DNA of 19,702 nucleotides from an uncultured Thermoplasmata archaeon (GTDB lineage Archaea; Thermoplasmatota; Thermoplasmata; Halarchaeoplasmatales; Halarchaeoplasmataceae). How positions within the stretch are numbered: position 1 is the first letter of the stretch; each line of letters opens with the position of its first letter. The notes below the pieces were generated by a model. That model made no database searches. It had not been told where the DNA came from and was given only the letters and a program-made list of their open reading frames with translations. A program made the translations under genes and the position numbers. Shown here in pieces: positions 14,826-19,702 of the stretch. The stretch spans positions 1 through 19,702 of the forward strand of contig CAYNQI010000020.1 in the NCBI GenBank assembly GCA_964399335.1. Reading direction: 5' to 3'.

Positions 14826-15577
14826 TCTTAGAAGGAAGAGGTGTATCACCTGGGAACACAGAAGGAAAAGTCGTCAAAGTCGACGAACCGGTGTCGTTCC
14901 TGGGAGATGTCGATCCAACCACAGGTATGGTATTTGAAGAGAAGGATATCACGGACTCTATATTCGTTTTTCCTAAAGGTAAGGGCAGCACCGTTGGTTC
15001 TTATGTTATCTACCAGTTAAAAAAGAACAAACATGCCCCAAAAGCCATAGTTAACCAGGAAACTGAAACCATAGTCGCTACAGGAGCTATAATATCAGAT
15101 ATCCCACTGATAGATAAGGTAGATATCGAACTTCTAGAAGATGGGGACGAAGTTACCATAGACGGGTCAACTGGTAAATTAGAACTTCATGATATAAAAC
15201 CTACTCCCGTCGTTACCTGCTTCATCGAAAAAGATGATAAACTATTGATAGTGAAACGAAGCGATGAAGTAGGCAGCTTTCAGGGAAGATGGTCAGGAAT
15301 TTCAGGTTACCTGGAAGATAAAGATCCCTTAGAACAGGCAAAAAGAGAGATAACTCAAGAAACAAAGTTAGATGTGGAATTTATCAGAAAAGGTAATATA
15401 GTTTTAGCAAGAGGTGAAGACAATATCTGGGAAGTTCACCCTTTCCTGTTCCGAACCGAAGAAGAACCAGTTTTGGACTGGGAGAACTCAGAATACAGAT
15501 GGGTAACTAAAGAAGAGCTAAAAGAACTGAAAACCGTTCCTAAACTTTTAGAAGGATATGAAGAGGTGAAAAGATGA
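14822..15577 (+). CDS. Aconitase X swivel subunit (DUF126) fused to a C-terminal Nudix hydrolase domain
   Basis: Residues 1-~123: SFLGDVDPTTG, FPKGKGSTVGSYVIY, ETIVATGAIISDIP, VTIDGSTG. Residues ~127-251: VVTCFI...LLIVKRS..VGSFQGRWSGISGYLE...AKREITQETKL...VHPFLF...LDWENSEYRW. Confidence 0.88.
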   Translation: MILEGRGVSPGNTEGKVVKVDEPVSFLGDVDPTTGMVFEEKDITDSIFVFPKGKGSTVGSYVIYQLKKNKHAPKAIVNQETETIVATGAIISDIPLIDKVDIELLEDGDEVTIDGSTGKLELHDIKPTPVVTCFIEKDDKLLIVKRSDEVGSFQGRWSGISGYLEDKDPLEQAKREITQETKLDVEFIRKGNIVLARGEDNIWEVHPFLFRTEEEPVLDWENSEYRWVTKEELKELKTVPKLLEGYEEVKR

Positions 15578-16563
15578 AGATCAAAACTGAGGAAGGAATC
15601 AAGGACATGAGAGCCCTTTGGTTAGAAGAGCAAACTGTAAAGATGATCGATCAAAGGTATTTACCACATGAACTGTGTTATTTCGAAGCTGAAGACCATC
15701 ATGATATCAAAAGATCTATAAAAGATATGATGGTACGTGGTGCACCTACGATAGGAGCTACTGCTGCTTATGGTATGGCACAGGCCATTGTCAAAGATGT
15801 TGACATAAAAGAAGCAGCTGAAACTATAAAAACTGCAAGACCAACTGCTTACGACCTCTTTTACGCTGTAAATTACATGCTTAAACACAAAGATTCTCCA
15901 ATCGAAGCCGCCAACGATTACGTAGATTCTGTAGTCGATAAATGTAAGTCCATCGGTGAGCACGGAAATGAGTTGATCAAACAAGGAGACAGTATCTTAA
16001 CACACTGCAACGCCGGCGCACTAGCCACTGTTGACTACGGTACGGCTCTAGCTCCCATGAGAGCAGCTCACAACAACCAAAAGGATATCTTTGTATACGC
16101 TGACGAGACCAGACCAAGACTACAGGGAGCTAGGTTGACTGCTTGGGAACTTTACAATGAAGATATTTCACATGCAGTCATAGTCGATAACGCTGCTGGA
16201 CACTACATGCAGAGAGGTAAGATCGATCTAGTCATCGTCGGAACTGATAGAATAGTCGCTAACGGAGATATAGCTAACAAGATAGGTACGTATGAAAAAG
16301 CCGTACTAGCAAAAGAGAATGACATCCCTTTCTACGTGGCAGCACCGGTAACAACCTTTGATAAAGATATACAAAATGGCTTAGATATCCCTATAGAACA
16401 GAGAGAGCAAAATGAAGTCACACATATCAACGATACTAAAATCACCCCGAATGGCTCCGAAGCATTTAACCCAGCCTTCGACGTAACACCTGCAAAATAT
16501 ATCACAGGTTTCATCACCGAGAAAGGAGTCTTCTCACCTAATGATATAAAAAACATGTTCTAG
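15574..16563 (+). CDS. mtnA: S-methyl-5-thioribose-1-phosphate isomerase (eIF-2B alpha/MtnA family)
   Basis: IDQRYLP, MVRGAPTIG, ARPTA, LTHCNAGALAT, ETRPRLQGARLTAWEL, GTDRIVANGDIANKIGTY, NPAFDVTP. Confidence 0.92.
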   Translation: MKIKTEEGIKDMRALWLEEQTVKMIDQRYLPHELCYFEAEDHHDIKRSIKDMMVRGAPTIGATAAYGMAQAIVKDVDIKEAAETIKTARPTAYDLFYAVNYMLKHKDSPIEAANDYVDSVVDKCKSIGEHGNELIKQGDSILTHCNAGALATVDYGTALAPMRAAHNNQKDIFVYADETRPRLQGARLTAWELYNEDISHAVIVDNAAGHYMQRGKIDLVIVGTDRIVANGDIANKIGTYEKAVLAKENDIPFYVAAPVTTFDKDIQNGLDIPIEQREQNEVTHINDTKITPNGSEAFNPAFDVTPAKYITGFITEKGVFSPNDIKNMF

Positions 16564-16570
16564 AGTGACC

Positions 16571-16586
16571 AAAAACTATTTATCTT
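16571..16586 (+). promoter_or_regulatory. Putative BRE/TATA for the Cas4-like gene (likely leaderless transcript)
   Basis: AAAAACTA-TTTATCTT, ending about 24 nt before ATG 16610. Confidence 0.35.
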
Positions 16587-16609
16587 AATCCATGTAATAT
16601 AAAAATGTT

Positions 16610-17602
16610 ATGGGAGAACCTTGGATATCAGCCAGTGATGTTGAAAAATATGGATACTGCCCTCTTAGTTGGTGGTTGAATGAGTCTGAGAAGGAAGTGA
16701 TCAACGAGAGTCTTAAAGAAGGTAGAGAGGAACATAAAAAGATCACCGGTGAAATAGATCAAGTGAAAGAAAAAGAAGAAGCAACCAAAAAGTTCGAAAA
16801 TCTTATACTTTGGTTGGCAATTTCTGCAACATTACTTTCTATCGCTGGACTCTCTTTGATAAGACCTGAAAGGATATTCAGCCAGATATTTCAGGTAAAT
16901 GCACTGATCTGGCTTCTAGCAGCAACTTTTTTTCTGTTTATGAGTGAGAAAGGTTTGATCAAGGAAGAGGAGTTCAAGACAGAGCGTGTTATACTTATCT
17001 TTGCCATGGTAGCTACAGGTCTTGGGATTTTAAGTTTGACTCTTCCATTACTAGATGATTATCTAGCCCGTATCACACAGATCATATCACTGGTATGGTT
17101 GATCGGTGCTAGTTATTGGCTGAAACGTTCACTATCTCTGGGTAGAGAGGTCAAGTTAAAAAAAGAAAAACTCAAAATGCCTGATGGTGAAGTAGATTAC
17201 GTAGACATATACGAAGAAGATAGTAAGCTATTCTCATCCGATAAATATAGATTGAGAGGCAGACCAGATTATATCGTTAAGGAAGACAACGTCAAAATTC
17301 CTGTGGAGATCAAAACTGGACGTGTTCCTAAAGGCCCATTCTTTTCACATATACTTCAAACCGCTGCATACTGTCTTTTGTTAGAGGAAGAAACAGGCAA
17401 GTCACCACCATACGGGATCGTCAAGTATGGAGATAAAGAATTTGAAGTCGAGTATGATAATGAATTGAAAGACTTACTGCTGGAGAAATTGGACGATATG
17501 AGAGAGATATTTCAAACTGAAGATGTCCATAGGAACCATAATAGAAAAGGTAAATGTAGAAATTGTTCCAGGCGTGAGATATGTCCGGAATCTTTAGCTT
17601 AA
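16610..17602 (+). CDS. Stand-alone Cas4-like PD-(D/E)xK nuclease with four inserted transmembrane helices
   Basis: SASDVEKYGYC17P; G38xxxH42; GRPD220; E233-I-K235; Q250xxxY254; C316xxC319xxxxxC325 (1+3 Cys Fe-S arrangement of Cas4). Hydrophobic block at residues ~63-171. No other cas gene or array in the window. Confidence 0.88.
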   Translation: MGEPWISASDVEKYGYCPLSWWLNESEKEVINESLKEGREEHKKITGEIDQVKEKEEATKKFENLILWLAISATLLSIAGLSLIRPERIFSQIFQVNALIWLLAATFFLFMSEKGLIKEEEFKTERVILIFAMVATGLGILSLTLPLLDDYLARITQIISLVWLIGASYWLKRSLSLGREVKLKKEKLKMPDGEVDYVDIYEEDSKLFSSDKYRLRGRPDYIVKEDNVKIPVEIKTGRVPKGPFFSHILQTAAYCLLLEEETGKSPPYGIVKYGDKEFEVEYDNELKDLLLEKLDDMREIFQTEDVHRNHNRKGKCRNCSRREICPESLA

Positions 17603-17892
17603 TCCTCTAATTTCCTTTTGATCTCTTCAACATCTTCTTTCATCTTAAGCATCTCTTCTTCAAAGGTTGTAAATTGTCTAGTCGAAAAGATCCTATGGGA
17701 AATGTACATTCCAAAGAATACCGCTCCGATTATAGCCAAAATAGATATCACGACTAAACCGAATACAAAAGTGTAAAAACCCGTCAACACGTCCCTCATA
17801 GGTAGAATACCGGTCATCATAGCTACTGCTACTAATCCCACCCCGACTATGATAGAGCCCAAAAGTATCAACGATACAGGTATCTTTTTCAT
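17599..17892 (-). CDS. Small hypothetical membrane protein (2 TM + C-terminal coiled coil)
   Basis: 97 aa, two hydrophobic segments, then FEEEMLKMKEDVEEIKRKLED. ATGA overlap with the upstream lipoprotein gene. Confidence 0.75.
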   Translation of the reverse strand: MKKIPVSLILLGSIIVGVGLVAVAMMTGILPMRDVLTGFYTFVFGLVVISILAIIGAVFFGMYISHRIFSTRQFTTFEEEMLKMKEDVEEIKRKLED

Positions 17893-18350
17893 GAACTTTC
17901 CTCCATCTTATTCATTCTTCTAACAAAGGGTAAATTTTGTGGTCTTATGTTTTCTTCGGTACCATCTAGATGCTTTATAGTAAAACGAAAACGAACATCA
18001 TCATTGTGGTGTGTTTCAATAGTTGCATTAAAATTATACCAATCCCCATTCCGATATACATCGGTTTTCAAGTAAAAGGAAGTACGATTGGTCTTATATT
18101 CTATAGAAAAGGCATTGGTTTTGTTCATGACCGTTTCATCATCTATATTTAAAACAAGTCTATCGTACATAACATCCTCTATACCATGGATGAATACCAC
18201 CGTTTCATTTTGTCTTTCTAGTTGAACTGAATAATCCAAGACAAGTTTAGGCATATCATAGGCTGGGGGTCTAGGTGGCTCAGTAGTGCATCCGACGAAT
18301 GCTACTCCGAAGAGTACTAATAATGAAATGAGGGCTATAGCCTTCTCCAT
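17889..18350 (-). CDS. Hypothetical lipoprotein
   Basis: Signal peptide ending in lipobox-like FVG-C21, then a Pro-rich linker and a beta-rich soluble domain. Confidence 0.75.
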   Translation of the reverse strand: MEKAIALISLLVLFGVAFVGCTTEPPRPPAYDMPKLVLDYSVQLERQNETVVFIHGIEDVMYDRLVLNIDDETVMNKTNAFSIEYKTNRTSFYLKTDVYRNGDWYNFNATIETHHNDDVRFRFTIKHLDGTEENIRPQNLPFVRRMNKMEESS

Positions 18351-18485
18351 GTTAATACATCATACCAGGTAGTTTATTAATTTTATTAACAATTTTAAAA
18401 TTACTATTTTTATTTAAAGGATCATAATTAGAAAGGTTAAAATAACTTAATCACGTATCATTATGTTTGCTGCAGGGAGATCATA

Positions 18486-18719
18486 ATGGTTTCAAATATG
18501 AATGGTGTATTAAATGATCAACTCGGGTATATCATACCCGTAATTTACAGGATCCAAAAAAATGAAATGGGATTTCATGGTAAAAAAATTCCCCCCGAAC
18601 TACAAGATCAATTCGTGGAAGGTATGATAAAATTGTGCAGGTGCGAGTTCGAGATGGATATCGACGATCCCATGTATGAGAGTAAGTTACAAAGATTTGT
18701 AGAAGTTAACTCCGACTGA
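18486..18719 (+). CDS. Hypothetical protein (77 aa)
   Basis: ORF with GGGAGA RBS-like site and upstream GAAAGG-TTAAAATA promoter-like element. No family recognised. Confidence 0.5.
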   Translation: MVSNMNGVLNDQLGYIIPVIYRIQKNEMGFHGKKIPPELQDQFVEGMIKLCRCEFEMDIDDPMYESKLQRFVEVNSD

Positions 18720-18747
18720 TAATATGATAAGGTTGGATGGTGGTTAT

Positions 18748-19702
18748 ATGGGTAAACAAACAGTTCGTATATTAGGAAAATATCATCTTAATGGGGCGAA
18801 TGTTCACGCTCTTTTTCCAGTAGTAGAGGTAACTCTAGATATTGGAAATCTAAAAAAAAACTTTTTCGACACAGGATCCAAAAAGATATTAATTAAACTC
18901 TTACCTGATTTTAAAACACACCTAGATGACAATGAAGATATTTTGAAAGAACATAATACATCTCCTTCACATATCATACAATACTTGGTTATAGCTGTAC
19001 AAGATATGGCTGGTGACGAAGTATCATTTGGACAAATTATCAGAGATTCTGAAACAACATCGAAATTAGTAATAGAATATCATCATGAGGAACTCGTTGA
19101 CTATGCCGTAGAAAAAGCGGTAGAGCTTTACAACAAGATAATCGAAGGAGAAAAGGAATTAGAGGGATATGTTAACAGTATAATTAAAAAGGCCCAAAAT
19201 ATCTACTATATGAAAAAAATTGGACCTAGTACAAAATCTATTTTAGATGCTGCCAAAAAACATGATATCCCATTTAGACATATACAGAAAGATTACAGCC
19301 TTTATTCTCTAGGGTGGGGTGTTAAAAAGAAGCGTATATGGGGACCGGTCACATCTGAAACATCTATGATATCCTCGGATGTTGCTCAGAACAAGCTTTT
19401 GACTAAAAAGATCCTTTATGAAACCGGTTTTCCAGTTCCTAGTGGTGAGATAGTTACTTCCGAGGAAGAAGCTGTGCAAAGCGCAGAAAGATTATCGTAC
19501 CCGGTCATAATAAAACCTGTAGATGGTCACCACGGAGAGGGTGTATTAGGTGACATTGTATCTAAAGAAGAGGCAAAAGAAGCATTTGAAATAGCAAAGG
19601 AATACTCGAATAAATTGCTTTTGGAAGAGCACATCCCAGGTGATGATTTCAGGTTCTTAGTCGTAGATAATGAAGTTAAGGCAGTGGCTAAAAGAATACC
19701 AG
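18748..19702 (+). CDS. cphA: Cyanophycin synthetase-like protein (CphA N domain + ATP-grasp domain), 3'-truncated by the window edge
   Basis: Manual translation, open for 318 codons to the window end: ..HLNGANVH..VEVTLDIG..HIIQYLVIAVQDMAG..VSFG..VIEY..IGPSTKSILDAAKKHDIP..SLGWG..KRI..NKLLTKKIL..GFPVPSG..YPVIIKPVDGHHGEGV..LLEEHIPGDDFRFLVVDNEVKAVAKRIP. An in-frame ATG also exists at 18724; 18748 follows GGTGGT. Confidence 0.8.
   Translation, partial: MGKQTVRILGKYHLNGANVHALFPVVEVTLDIGNLKKNFFDTGSKKILIKLLPDFKTHLDDNEDILKEHNTSPSHIIQYLVIAVQDMAGDEVSFGQIIRDSETTSKLVIEYHHEELVDYAVEKAVELYNKIIEGEKELEGYVNSIIKKAQNIYYMKKIGPSTKSILDAAKKHDIPFRHIQKDYSLYSLGWGVKKKRIWGPVTSETSMISSDVAQNKLLTKKILYETGFPVPSGEIVTSEEEAVQSAERLSYPVIIKPVDGHHGEGVLGDIVSKEEAKEAFEIAKEYSNKLLLEEHIPGDDFRFLVVDNEVKAVAKRIP

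Noticed and set aside
15574-16563. Translation factor eIF-2B or ribose-1,5-bisphosphate isomerase annotation
   Set aside because: The IDQRxLP, MVRGAP, HCNAGALAT and ETRPxLQGARLTAWEL motifs are the MtnA-type signature.
16610-17602. CRISPR-Cas locus implied by the Cas4-like gene
   Set aside because: No cas1/cas2/effector genes and no regularly spaced repeats anywhere in the window; both flanks are occupied by unrelated genes.
18351-18485. AT-rich intergenic region as a replication origin or ncRNA
   Set aside because: No ORB-like repeats, no cdc6/orc1 neighbour and no stable hairpin seen; adequately explained as a divergent promoter region.
1-19702. Frequent CTAG and GATC tetramers as a restriction/methylation signal
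   Set aside because: A rough visual tally of CTAG is near what base composition predicts; without a genome-wide k-mer computation nothing can be claimed.

Overview
Compact chromosomal window of an archaeon. Evidence: archaeal-type Trm11/THUMP methylase, split aconitase-X (DUF521+DUF126), tRNA gene without encoded CCA, TATA boxes about 25-30 nt before several starts, GGAGG/GGTGA ribosome-binding sites. The many D/E-rich proteins suggest a salt-adapted lineage; Thermoplasmatota is my inference, not shown. Contents in order: a rhodanese C-terminal relic, a NosD/beta-helix surface protein, MATE transporter 1, a site-2 protease with a long extracellular extension, Trm11, two thioredoxin-fold proteins, HTH regulators, a pseudo-receiver/hemerythrin fusion, tRNA-Phe(GAA), and a decayed tandem duplication (tRNA + zinc-ribbon membrane protein + MATE promoter/5' end) that includes a cold-shock gene. 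Then follow MATE 2-MarR with paired palindromic operators, an AcnX large subunit / AcnX small subunit-Nudix fusion / mtnA operon, a stand-alone Cas4-like nuclease with four inserted transmembrane helices, a small membrane protein plus lipoprotein, and the first 318 codons of a cyanophycin-synthetase-like gene that runs off the right edge (absent from the ORF track). I found no CRISPR array, integrase or transposase. Best leads: the membrane-embedded Cas4-like protein, the archaeal CphA-like enzyme, the DUF126-Nudix fusion, and the microhomology-joined tRNA duplication.
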